In this document: one piece after another, positions 35,555 through 48,924 of the stretch
How positions within the stretch are numbered: position 1 is the stretch's first letter
Layout of the letters: every line of letters starts with the position of its first letter
Assembly: GCA_030141605.1 (NCBI GenBank)
Contig: JAQGDQ010000266.1
Location: forward strand, 62,001 to 126,000
Source: Tubiluchus corallicola
Lineage: Eukaryota; Animalia; Priapulida
Length of the DNA: 64,000 nucleotides
Reading direction: 5' to 3'
The notes under the pieces: generated by a model
What the model saw: the letters and a program-made list of their open reading frames with translations, nothing else
What the model was told of the DNA's origin: nothing
Database searches by the model: none
Position numbers and translations under genes: made by a program

Positions 35555-37355
35555 AATAGTAGGGTCAATTTGCTGACTTACCCCTAAAAAATTCCAAAAA
35601 ATTTTTTTGGTATTTTCTTGTAGTGTTTGGTCCAGAAAATGACATAGCCACATTAAGCCGAAATTTGAGCACTTCAAAGGGCCTAATTATGACGTAAAGG
35701 GCTTTATTATGTCCTTAAAGGTAGCTGGCATGTGACCAAAATGAATGGGTATTTAGTCTACAGGATGATGACAAATGCTCATTTTGATTCAAAAGCATGA
35801 AATTTGCACAGTGCTAGAGCTCATTAAGGTGATTAATTTTGATTATGTAGTCAATCGAAATTTGTCCAGTATGGCCACAATTTTCAAGATGCTGACAATA
35901 TTGCTGCTACTAGCTGATAAGGGCTACATCTTAGGTATCAGAGCATACAGGGTAATGATTCTAATTTCTAAATATAAATTTTCAAGGTCAACGAATATAT
36001 ATCTGATGCTTAAATGCCCCTGTAATATCACCCTATTTTAAGATGACGGATAAGATGACTGCAAATGTTATACAAAATGACGGAATTGCTCATTTTGATT
36101 TAAAAACACGAACCTAGGCACAATGCTAAACCCCATCGGGTTGATCAGTTTTGGATATCTAGCTAATCGAAAATTATCTAGCCAATCGAAGCGTAGTCCC
36201 AACAGTTCTGCCCGATGTGTAAACTTTTCAGTGTGCTCCAATATAGTATCCAATGATACTTTTTTCCTTGAGGGCAAGTCTCTGTGTGCTTTGTCAACTG
36301 TCACAGTGATGCATGTGTTGGTTTTGACATACTAGACGGCAGCAAAACTTTCAAGCACAAACATGCGAGACACCAAATTATTCTGCTACCTCTTCGACAC
36401 TTACTATGTGAACCAGCTATCCTTTTTCCTCACCTGGCAAAGCCTGAAGTCTGGTTGCAACCAGTAACAGCTGACTCAACTGATTATTTTCAGGGCCTAT
36501 GCCATTCACAAGTTAATGATAAACTATATGCCTACGGTGTTCGGCCTCTTCCAGACATAAAGCAGAGGGTAGTACCTTGCTACGTTGTGACAGTACGTGC
36601 ATGTTAGTTTATGGAACTCACTACCTAGTGAAATAAAACAAATAAAATATAGTTGACAGAACACAAGGATTTTGTTCACAATTCCTGAAGGATATGGTCT
36701 TTACGAGTTGGCAACAGCCACCTTGTCGGCCATCTTGAATGTTGTGGTTATATTAGATAATTTTCGATTGGCTCCATATCCAATATAAATTAACCGGATG
36801 GGGTTTAGCATTGTACACAGTTTCGTGTTTTTAAGTCAAAATGAGCCAATTCCGTCATTTTGTACAACAGTTGCAGCCATCTTGAAATGGGGTGATATTA
36901 CAGGGGCATTTAAACATCAGATATAAATTGCTTGACTTTTTAACTTATATTTAGACACCAAAATCATTACCCTGTGTGCTCGGATATCTAAGACAGTCCT
37001 TATAGGCTAGTAACAACAATATTGTCAGCCATCTTGAAAATTGTGGCCACATTGGACGAATCTCGATTGACATGATAATCAAAATTAATCACCTTAGTGA
37101 GCTCTAGCACTGTGCAAAGTTTATACTTTTGATTCAAAATGAGCATTTTTCTCCATCCTAGTAGACTAAATACACATTCAGTTTAGTCAAATGGTGTCTA
37201 AATTCTTTGACGTCATAATTAGACCTTTGCAGTGCTCAAATTTCGACCTAATTTGGGTTCTTTGGGTTAAAAACTACAAGAAAAACGCCGAAAAACGTTT
37301 TCTGGCAATTTTTTTAGGCTTAGGGTTATTTTTTCCATTTTACTGACCTTACTAT
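35555..37355. mobile_element. Foldback-like element with ~600-bp inverted arms and a ~570-bp spacer
   Basis: 35555-36180 is an imperfect reverse complement of 36754-37355 (e.g. TTTGCACAGTGCTAGAGCTCA / TGAGCTCTAGCACTGTGCAAA). Confidence 0.8.
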
Positions 37356-38396
37356 AAGGGCGTGGTGGAGTTGCTATAATTATAATTTTCAAGTCTGTAA
37401 AAAAATTTTTGCTGTTTGATTTGAACTGGTGTCCTTTGGTTGTAAGAATTGATATAAGATTAGCAAAGAGTGTGATCGAAAATAGAAAAACTCGCCCTCA
37501 CAAACCCAGGAGTATGTTGCTTATGTAAAAAAAGTAAATTTATTGACCGTATTATTATCCTGATTCCTGTTAGTCACAAGCATGTCTGATTTGAAAAATC
37601 GAATGGCACTGTAATGCTGTGAAAATATAAAAAAACAAGAACAATTAAAAATGACAATCACTTGGCCAAATATTTCAGCAGTAAACTTTGAAAATTGGAC
37701 AAGGATAAATAAAACCGATAAGAAAAATCAATTTGCATTCAACCACTATCACAGATTTGCAAAATAAGTTAATTCCTTCTCTGCAAAGCCAAGGCAAAAC
37801 ATTTCAAGTTATAACAGTGTGGCTAGAAAAAACGATATAACGATTAAAGTTAAGCACATCAAGCAAAGACAAAAAATCGTTTAAGCAATAACATAATCAA
37901 AAACCAGAATAACATTGTAAAGCAGAGAAAAACTATGCCTGTCAGCGGGACGCATTTAACTCTCACCAAGACAAACGCTCCCAGATACAGCGTAATACTG
38001 GTTTGTATAGGAAATTTACAGAATTATCAAGTTTTCAAGGTTATATGTAAAATGAGCAACTTGGATTCAAAGTATATAGTAAATCTCTAGCTTAATCGCA
38101 TAAATACATAATTAAACCAGGGAATTTGAAATGAAGCGAAATGTAGTTGTAAAATGAATGATAAACGGAGGAGCTAGCCCAGGAACAAATTTAAATTATT
38201 TTTAAGTGGGAAAGCAATTGAAAAATATTCCTGACGAAAAATGACAGGCGTCACGACATAGGGACTCTGTCAACAACTTAGTGAGTGAACATCTCACTCA
38301 CAATCAATGGTCAGCGACACCGATCAATTGGCTTCCAACTCCTCCTAGACAGTGACCTAAAGTCTACGTTTTTTCGCACTTATTTCAGCATTTTGT

Positions 38397-38536
38397 GGTA
38401 GAAGTGCACCTGGGGTAGTAGAAGTGCACCTGGGGTGGTGGAAGTGCACCTGGGGTAGTAGAACTGCACCTGGGGTGGTGGAAGTGCACCTGGGGTAGTA
38501 GAACTGCACCTGGGGTGGTGGAAGTGCACCTGGGGT
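38397..38536. repeat. 20-bp G-tract minisatellite, 7 copies
   Basis: Unit GAA(G/C)TGCACCTGGGGT(AGTA/GGTG). Confidence 0.93.
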
Positions 38537-41500
38537 CTTAAAAAACTGGGGTTCTATGACTTCTGACAGGAGCTAAAATGCGAAACTCACAGGCTATACT
38601 TCTTGAGTGGGGGAACGCGTATGCACGTATTGGAGTTAAAGATCAGGGGAATTTTACACAGCAACCCTTATTTTAGTTAGGCTGTATCCCCTATCGTTTT
38701 TCAGTTTTGCCACAAGTTTTAGTACATAACTGATTGGGGTCGAGTTCTTGTACACAGCTGGATACTAGTTACGTGCATATCGGAAGAAAATTTTGTTAGG
38801 AACTAAAAACCGTAAATAGGTCGGTTGTGATATATATTTTTCCAGTTTTGAACAACAGTAGCCTATACACGTGTTACATCAAATATTATGTAACTGATGA
38901 GACTAATTGGGTGGATATAGATCAAGACGAGATTGGTTGGCCCTTGAACCGCGTGGTCACAGGTCAAATGGCTACCAGTTCCGATTTCGTTGATGAGAAA
39001 TACAATTACTTTGCAATATTTCGATGTGAAATGAATTTTAATATCATTTAAAGGCCAGCTATGGAATGATAGCTGATCTTCGCTGACCTGAAGTGTGATT
39101 TCTAGCTAATCAAGCATGGTGAATTTAATGAAGGCAAAATTATGACATTATGACATTTACAATGAGAAAAGGTAAAATGTTATTTTAAAGTGAAACCACA
39201 GAGGAACCTTCTATTGAAATGAAATGCTACTCCTAAGCCATGTAAACAAGTATTTTTCAGTTCCTAAATATAAAATTTGGACAGCTCTGTTACCCCTCCA
39301 GTTGTTCCACAGGCCTCATAGTACTGTTCATACTGCTGTTTCTTCATATCGTCAGAATATTAAGTTTCTGATTTAGTCATAAGTTTCTGTATAGTTATTA
39401 CTACCAACAAAATGTTTGTAACAGTGGAAGTGATGACGATGATGATAATGATGGCAATAAATTAATAATCCCACTTGTGCTTACGAGCAAGAAAATATCT
39501 TTCCACAAAGCAAAACCTTCCTGGAACAATTTTGGAAAACAGCAAGACATAAAGTGCTACTAAATATATCATCTAGTGCCAATGCAGTGCTGTTCAGACG
39601 GCTTTTCACGTTTTCACCATTTCAAAAACTGACTGTGCAGCAGTGACAGAACTTTGCAGTTGAATGACCAACAAGATGTAAGGCTTTTCTTGATCTGCGT
39701 TGAAAGGCATTTGCAACAAGAAGAGTGGACGTCTGGACGTGACAGATGTGAGGACACGTGCTGTTGACACATCGCAGTAATACAGTTGCTATTATATTTT
39801 ATGATTTCAAATATAATGAGTTTGCTGATTTTAATTTCATCTATGTCAATAATTGCTGCATGGACTTGAGTTTCTTACTGTCGTAAAAACCAATAAAAAC
39901 AGAACTGAGAGAGCAAGCGAGAGACAAATATAGTGGGAAACAGATGATAGAAAGAGGCAAGTATCGAGAATAGAGAGAATGAGAGAGAGCGCTTACAATT
40001 TCAATAAATTATTTCTAAAATTAACTGTCACAGGACTTTTTATTATACAGTGGGCTTGCAAATGACAGAAGATCGAGTGTAGAATTTGATTAGCAGAAGA
40101 GCTCTTTATAGCTATTGATTGTAGCGCACGCCATAAAGATTTACTGTTTGTAATTCAGTGCGCAGACTTTGGGATGTTTTCATTAATTCCTGATTTATAT
40201 ATTACGAGCTGTTGCGTTGATTATTTAATATTTAATCGCTGTCTGGAGCAGATGTACATATAGTAAATTAGAGTTCAATGAATATTCGAATTTTCTACAT
40301 TCGGGTTTACACCATATCTTGAAGTTATCAGCCCCAGTTTTTTTATGTTTTGGAGTTTACTCAGCAGTTTGAAGTTATTGACCAACAGTTTTTTATGTTT
40401 TGGAGTTTACCCCGTATCTTCAAGTTTTTAGCCCCAGTTTTTATGTTTTACAGTTTCTTCAAATAGCATTTTCTCGTTATTACTCAACTCACCGATCGTT
40501 TTTTAACTGTTAGTTTCTTGCCTGAAACCAGCTAGCAGTTACTTGTATATGTATTTTGTTAAACTGCTTCTTAACGAGGACCATTTTACTTACTGAAACA
40601 GAATTTCTTGGTGATTGGCTTTCTAATCTGTGCAAATACACATTACGCAACCAAGTCATGCGGGCAAAAACGTTATTTTAGCCAATCTAAAAGTTTTCTG
40701 TAATCTTATTAATCGGTTGTAATCTTATTAAGCATACAGTTGCTCAGATGTGCAAAAAATAATAAATTTTACTGGTCGATTATGAAAACGTAGAATTCTT
40801 TCTTTTTAGGTGAACATTTGAAACAGGCTACAAATAACTCATAGCTTGTTGTCGGGCGGAGAGGGGGAATAACTAAGGCTGAGTTCTTACCGATCAAAGT
40901 TATGCATCGTGCTTAGTCAGTAAACCGACAACTAGACGGTTTTACTTGGGATGCCGTTTCATGTTTTTTATCTTGTAGGGAAGATGCCGAACAATTTACT
41001 GGTTTCAACACCTTTTATTAAAGTATTACAATGCTAATATTGTTAAAGCGACCTAAATAATGAGATATATAGGAAACACAAGATTTCACTGAATTAAAAT
41101 TTGACTTTGGTATTTAATTAATTACATTACAATTCGATGCTCAGTTATTCACTAACTAACCTAAACAAGTCTCCTTTTTAGCAATCAAGTCTCCCAATTA
41201 CTCTACTTTTTTACCAACCTTAGAAAATTCTTAGCTTATTGTATCCTTAACTGATTCACTGTACGTTTTTCTTCTTAAGCTTTTGTTTTTTTACTGTCAA
41301 ACCACTCTAACAAGCTTTCAGAGTGATTTGTGACGCAATGGCATGTTGTGAACAAGACTTAAAAATATAAAGACCTGTAGACTAAAATTTTGAGCCACTC
41401 GTAATAACCTTCTTCAAATGAAATACTGTGTGGTGTTATCATATATTTAATATGTGTTGTGTCGAAGTAAGATGAACTTGAATTTGAACTACTACCATTG

Positions 41501-44500
41501 ATAATTGTAAAGGCTCGGTCCTACATCAAGCGCTGGATTCCTTCTTACCACCAAACTGCATAAAAATGCATTGGATCGCCGTTTAATGGATAAGCAGAAC
41601 AATAGCTAGAAAACAGCACAAAACAAATCTATAGTATACAGTATGTAAAATTTTTAAGACCGCAATGAGACAGTTATTTTTCTCAACCAATCTTAGTTGG
41701 AAGATACACATTGTTATGAGATAAAAACAGCTCCAAATTCAATCTTTTCAGCGTTCGGTAAGCTTGCTTAACAGCGTGTACACGATCCTCGGTTTTGCTT
41801 TTGATGGTCTTTATTTTATATTCTTCTAAATTATTTCTGGTGTAACTATGTGAAAGAGATGTTTCTGGAAAGCTAATAACATTGAATGCTTTTTCTCTTA
41901 GCCGTTAGATGGCACATTGAAGTCGTACGACACAACGCCGCATTTTCTCATTGATTACGTGTTTAAGCGCTAGCTGATGAGCGCGTGATTCGCTGCATTC
42001 GAAGCAGATTAATTCTGCTGCCCTGATCTCCCCGAATTCAACTTGAATCTCGCAGCAAGATGTCCTCGCTGATTCTTCATCAGTTGACATTTGCCACGGC
42101 AAGTTAAACGCGGTTGCTTGAACCTCAGATAATTATCTGGCCGTGCGAGAGCAGCGAGAATTTGAGCAGCGAGTAGCACAGACGTTAATCTGTCAGTATG
42201 TTGTGCTAGGAAAAACTATTATCTGCGTGAAATTTTGTGATTACAAAGTTCACAATTCTAATGCAACTTATGTGAAGTCGTGGAATTAAAAATGATTTTG
42301 CAGATATTCTCGACAATGTAATAAAGAAGTAATGCTCGTCAAGAATCGGATCAACTAGTAAATAAAGAAGTGGACAGTTTGTTACCAAATTGTGATCTGC
42401 TGTTTGTTTAGAACATCGCTTACTTGTACGTTTGACAGTCAACGTTTTGTTTTAGATTTAGCAAGGTTTTGGGTGATAAGGTGCAAATTATTTTATAGTT
42501 TTTTGTAGATGTCGCTGCTGTTCCTGCCACTGGTGATGCCATTGCTATTGTTGCTGCTGCTGATAGTTTATTTGATCAACCAATCAATCAATCAATCACT
42601 AAGCTGATGCCTGTCTAAAATTTAAATGTTTCTTTTAATTGAAGCTGTGTAGATCTATAAATACGTGGCGTAACAGAATACTGGCTTACCGTAGCTGAGC
42701 TACACAACTTAGATATTTAAGCCATTTTGGTGATTCTCAAATAAGAACATGACTTAACAAGAATAAGAAGGAAGTTAAAAGTTGTTAACTTTGCGGTAAT
42801 GCTGAAAATTAAAATGTATATAGTCTCATACAGGGCTACCGCTGAGATACATACAGTAAACTGAACTAAATTCGATGCATTTATATGATCAATATTGTAC
42901 AATTTATTGATACATTATTGCCTGTTTGGTGATGGGGAAAATGTATTCTTAAAGTGAAAATAACTACCAACACCCAAATAACTTAAGCAAAGACCAATAC
43001 AATCATTTGCAACGTTTTAACCACAACATGGTCATAATTACGCGACAATCCACTTAGAAAAAATATGAAGTATAAAAATGAATAGTGAGATGCAAGAATC
43101 CATATGGCGAAAAGAAAACAAAACATTTACTAAATTGTAAACTTTCAGATCGTGTAATACAATGCCAAATGACAGAAAAATAAAGTTATGTTACTCCAAC
43201 ACAGTTCGTTCTCTGACTAATGCATCTGCGTGGCAATAAAAGAAATCTTTGCAGCAAACATGAACAGGACTGTAAGCAATATAGACATAGGTAATTAAAT
43301 ATAGACATAGACATAGACACAGACACAGACAGACATTTTTATACATTTTCAGCATAGGTCTAAGCCAGATATTACCTTATAAGCTATCAAAAATTGTTAA
43401 GCCTGACAGACTGTAACAAACTACAAGTTCATGTTTTATGCATGAACATTTCGCAGAAACCCTTTATAGATGTTCCGCTATGTGGCTCTTCCCTGCCTCA
43501 CGTTTTTTAAGGGCACTTTGTATCCATAACGCCAGTTGTACTACTAGGTGCTTATAGAAACGGGCCATACCCCATAGTATAAAAGCCCAACGAAGAGCGA
43601 GCATGCTCCTCGTAAGTATTGATTGTCCAAGGCAGTTTAAGCTTTCTAGCTACTAGTATTACTATGACTGGATCATTGTTAATCTATATAATGTAATGTA
43701 GTTATCCCGTCACGTTTGTCAATACTGCAGTATTGCAAATAAATGGGTAACTAGTTTATGCATTAGTTTATGGGCTTGAACATTTATGCCCTGAGGGACG
43801 ACAGAAGAGCTTAGAGTTATCACGTACCAAATTGATTTTCTTCTAGAACGGGTATCCTAAAATTCTTGGGCTAACATAAGGAAACAGCGTTTCAAATAGG
43901 GCATGCATTAGAAAGTGTTTTGAAACGGAAAGGAAGAGAGAGAAAGAACAGGCGAGAACTAGCCGTTTCAGTGATACAAGGAAAGTCTGGAGACAGAGCA
44001 CCATAAGTTAATTTGTGTGTTGCTTCACCTGGCCGGGGTGTGCGAAATGTGCACGTTACACCTACTATAGCAAGCCGATAGATAACATAGAGTAGCTAGA
44101 TGACTATTCCAGGGCGCCTTTCACTATTCGAGTTCGTCGATAAATTGGTTTCATTTATGTCCTTGAAATGCTACCCAACTGGAATTAGAACGGACTTTTA
44201 CTTTCTGTTAGTCTTAAAAGGGAAAACATGATTAACCATGGTGATGGTTTATCACGTTTTTCATTTAGGACTAACATCAAGCAGAAGTCTGTCTTTTGTA
44301 ACCTTTTCGGTCACTTTAACCGAGTGCTGAACGTATTGTTTTTGAACATAAATGTTTCCAACTTTTCGGTACTTTAGGTATAGGAGTAATAGTCAAATAA
44401 AGTTCTATGTTAACTGAAGATCAGCTTGTTGTGTGAGGTCGTTGACTAGCTGGTTTCTTCATTAAAAAAATAGCGGCGTGGGCGTAAGCCGCAGCTTTTT

Positions 44501-46473
44501 CTATTTTTCTAAGACGCAACGTAATTACTTGGTTTAACTCACTGAAGTCGATTTTGAAAACAAGATTATTACTGATTTTACGGATGTTACAAAGTAAAAC
44601 CTCTCAAGCTGATCTTGTTTGTGTTAGCTCAATTAGTGTTAAAACCTGTGTCTGTTCAAGGAAGTGTTTTAATCTCAAACGTCTCTTACCTACTAGTTAG
44701 GACAAAACGATAGGTTGACTGAGTCGTGTATAATTGACCATGTTTTTTCTTATTTAGCATTATTTAGATTTTGTTAGGTTTCTGGCGGTTTTGCATTAAA
44801 CTTATTTCCGGTGAAGTCTGTTCAGTGCGTTGGATTTGGTGAATGCAGGTGTTGATGTGTACAACGTCTGAGAATTCTTTGATGCCTACTCTTCTTCAAA
44901 GTTTACACTACATAATATTCAATAACAAGTTTAAAACGTATAAGTAATTCGATTTATGTTAAATTTGTGATGTGGTTCGTCTCTTGTATTTTTATCTTTG
45001 CCGCTTATAAAGGTAGGACGGTACAGCATCAATAAACTCTGAGCTGCAGAAACAGTTTGTCGCTCTGAAAAACAAATATAGCGTTCCATACATTGATAAT
45101 AACTTGCACGGACGATTCAACTAGCTGAAGTTTATTGTAAAAATGTTCTTGGCCAAAGCATGGAGACGAGTTTTCCACAAAAAAGAAAAAGGTACGTTAA
45201 CATTTTCGCATTACAAATTTATTTCGCTAATCTTGTCATTTAAAAGGCAACACTATTTTTCCTCTTTTTTTGGTTCCTGTTTATTGACCGCTATTATTGT
45301 CTCCTGCCCAGCGCCCGACGTTTAGGATATCCCCCTCTTCTTTTTGCATTTGCCTGTATTGAATTGCTCAGCGTCGTGTATTTTCCCATAGCTGTCGATC
45401 TCGGTTTCAATCTTCATTGCATAGTTTAGCAGGTCTTCACATCTCTTGTGTGCTTTAGTTATAATTGCCTCACCAGTTAACTATCTGGGTGCTTAATGAG
45501 CTTTGTAATGCTTCTTTTACAACAGTTGGTCAGGATTGTGCACCTTATACGAGGATAGAATTTAGTTACATTTCTAATGAAAATCTGAGCCGTAGCATTC
45601 TGCGGATTTCACCTAACGCAGTAATCATTTAGAAGCAGAGGCTGCTATCCAAGGACCCCCGTACGGTAGGGAACTTCCGCACATTTCACTAAAATAATTG
45701 AAGTTATATGCAGCTGATGAATGATCCGCGCAAACGTTCAACTAACTTATGCTAAAACAGGCATAACAACAGCTAATATGTAGTCCGTACATCTAAGTTA
45801 ATCAGTAAGTAAATAGTTTATTTAAAGTCGATTTTGATATGCATAAAACTTTTGTTCACATAGGAACAATTATCACCGACTAGAATTACAACTGTTTTTG
45901 TAAAAACAAGCAAAATAAAGATGGGTATCTAAGCCTATTTATGAATTCGAAATCACATTATAGAAATAACTTCTTTCTATTAAGAGTCGAAAAGCCCTGG
46001 GCATTCATTTCTTATTTTATTTACAAAGATATTAAGCGTGGAAGAAACTCTTGCACCATTTTTAAATCATTCCGCGCTTTCCGTCTTTTATATTTTTAGG
46101 AGTGCAAACCGTATTTGGTAGTTCTTGCAAATGAAATAGTTAATTCCGCATTTCAAACATTTCATTTACGTAAGGAGAATTGTTACGATGTAATGATTTG
46201 TAGAATTCTTTTAACAAACACTACTCATGTATTTTAGTTTTTTAACAGTGTTTTGTAATTAGATTATTAATCAATAAAGACTATGTATACTGACTAAAGC
46301 GTAAAACTGGCCTAAATTGCTCGAAATAAGGTAAAAGTTGGCGACAGGAGTTATAACATTTTTCGAGCGCTAGGTACAGCTCTCGTACGTTCCTTAATTT
46401 CCTATTTTTAAATGCGAATTTCATTAGTGACTTTCATAAAATAATAACGTTAAAGGGACATGAACAGTGTTTT

Positions 46474-46593
46474 CTACGAAAGCGTATTACAGCCATAACA
46501 TCCGATTATAAAAAATCTGGTTATAGCTTGTGGTTATAGCTGGTTCCAGATTTTTTTATAATCGGATATCATGGCCCTAATACGCTTTCGTAG
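46474..46593. repeat. 120-bp imperfect palindrome
   Basis: CTACGAAAGCGTATTA...TCCGATTATAAAAAATCTGG / CCAGATTTTTTTATAATCGGA...TAATACGCTTTCGTAG. Confidence 0.85.
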
Positions 46594-47545
46594 TTTTCAT
46601 TATTTAAAAAACATGCACTTTCGCTGGTCTATAATTTTATGATAATTTATTTGTAGAGCACAAAGTTTGACAAAATAGTCTCAGATTCATACGAATTTTA
46701 TTAAAGATTAATATCTATTATTCAAACAAATTTAATTAAAGAAACAGTTTTGATTATGAACAATTTGGCTAATGTTCAATTCGTACTTACTAAATCTGTT
46801 TTAATAAATATTTTGCTGCATAAAATGAACATTCTACTCGGCAAAAGCTTTGTTTATGAATAAAGCCAATAAAAAGAAATTATGTTCAGCTCTGAGCAAG
46901 GGATGGCTTGTGTTAAATAATTTTTTGTTGTGGAATACGGACGAGTGTTTTGTTTTAAATATCGTGTCCATTGAGCAGTAAGCGTATCTTGCTTTGTAGA
47001 AACCATTGTGGTTATAATGTGTAAAATAGCGTAAAAATTCGGAAACAAGCCTTTACAGGAAGGTTAACATAGCGATCACTGGGCCTTTGGGCCTTGGTAT
47101 GCCTCATCGGCCTCGAAATGTGAAGTATTACTAGGACAAAATATTCTTGCGTCAAATTTCTCGTTCCTATTTGCTGTACAAGCCGAATTGCATCCTTTTT
47201 CAAATCTAGCTGCTCTAAAAGCCGAGTTACGATCGCACACACACGCGTATGTTTTGCTTCAACATATTTGTAAAATATATAAATTTCAGTGCAAACATGG
47301 CATCATGCTATGTTTCAGATGATACAGTTACCTCGGTTCCTTAACCTTTCATCAATTTCCCAACAACTGTCACAAAACACACCGATACCACATATACCAT
47401 GCCACAAAATAACAATAACAACAACAACAGCATAAAACGTCAAACGCATTCATAAACGCAATAACGCGCGAACGTTCAACACAGTCTTTGTTTTATCCTC
47501 CTAAGATGATTGTAATAATACGCGAACATTCTACAAAGTCTTTGC

Positions 47546-47547
<2 letters not shown>

Positions 47548-47581
<34 letters not shown>

Positions 47582-47619
47582 CTATGGATATATGGTGTAT
47601 ATAGGTGTACACCCACCCA

Positions 47620-47682
<63 letters not shown>

Positions 47683-47684
47683 AC
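47548..47684. repeat. Compound (TA)n / (GCAC)n / (CA)n microsatellite
   Basis: Direct inspection. Confidence 0.92.
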
Positions 47685-48539
47685 TCTTGCTACAAGATTC
47701 ATAAAATCCATCCAAGTTTTTTAGTGGTCCAGACTTTTTACCGATTCATTCAGGTAGGTCAGTCAGTGAGTCGCTACTCAGCCAGTTAACGATTCCGTCA
47801 GTTATACGTAATTTATACGGTCATTATAAAGCTAAACATTACGTTATTGACTATGACAAGTCAGTTGGCATTTGTTTCTATCTAACTTCGATTTTTGCGC
47901 TGCAGGTTGCAACTCAATCAAGTTTTACACGGCAATTTCATCACCAGTCATTACAAGATATATCCATTATAATCTTAGTTACTAAACTCATACCAGGCAG
48001 CTTCTAAATTTATTCTACAGTATTAAACGAGCAAAATAGGCTTTTTATGATAATTAGTTCGCCGAAAACCCAAAGTATCGCCAAGATCATTGTAACAATT
48101 TCGTATTCTTGCCTTGAAACGGGAATCAATCTTAGCTGACAATGCGAAAAGACAATTTTTTCGGTACCATAAAATTTATTCATCCAAAATAAACGTTTCG
48201 GTTTAAAAGCTTCCCTTTGTGTAAAATTAATTAGGAAGCCCCATTGAGAAATTTAAACTATAAAATTAAATCGCACTTTCTACTGTTCTTATTATGTGTA
48301 TACTGACGCTACAATAATGATTATCGTCATTAAAGTTTTAAAGGAATCACAAAAACAATTCACAGGGTCAGTTCTAAAAAGCTGAAATACGCAAAACTCT
48401 TAATCGGAGATTGTAAAATGCGTATTTGCTATATAAGTTTTCTATTTGGGCACGTTGTAGTCAAGGTTTTCATGTAATACTATGAACATAACACCTTTTT
48501 ACATTTTTTCCGTCCACAATCCTGAAAAATAAAAATGTT

Positions 48540-48720
48540 TCAATGTAACTGTGTATATATTGTCAATGTTCACTGTGTTTGTAGTGTTAGCTCTGCACTA
48601 GACGCATTTGTCTTTTTACAGTGCTTTTAGGCACTGATGAATGTCATGTGCAAATGTAATTTTTTATTAACATTTGTGATGTTCAAAATTTTTATAAGAC
48701 AAATAAAGATTATATATTAA
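48540..48720 (+). mobile_element. LINE 3' UTR remnant related to the 19-23 kb element
   Basis: TGCACTAGACGCATTTGTC...CAGTG...CACTGATG...CAAATAAAGATTAT matches 23522-23640. Confidence 0.6.
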
Positions 48721-48883
48721 TATAGCTAATATTAATAGCCAATTGTAATATAGCTAAATGTCCATCGCAGCAGATTTATTATATATTATTACTTTATTAT
48801 ACTTTATTAGATATATAAATAAATATATATGATATTTATTTATATATCTAATAAATAAATAATATATAATATATATTAAATAT

Positions 48884-48923
<40 letters not shown>

Positions 48924-48924
48924 T

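Noticed and set aside
45280-45480. Minus-strand open frame resembling a gag fragment (CEDLLNYAMKIE)
   Set aside because: Short, no diagnostic motif and no flanking element structure.
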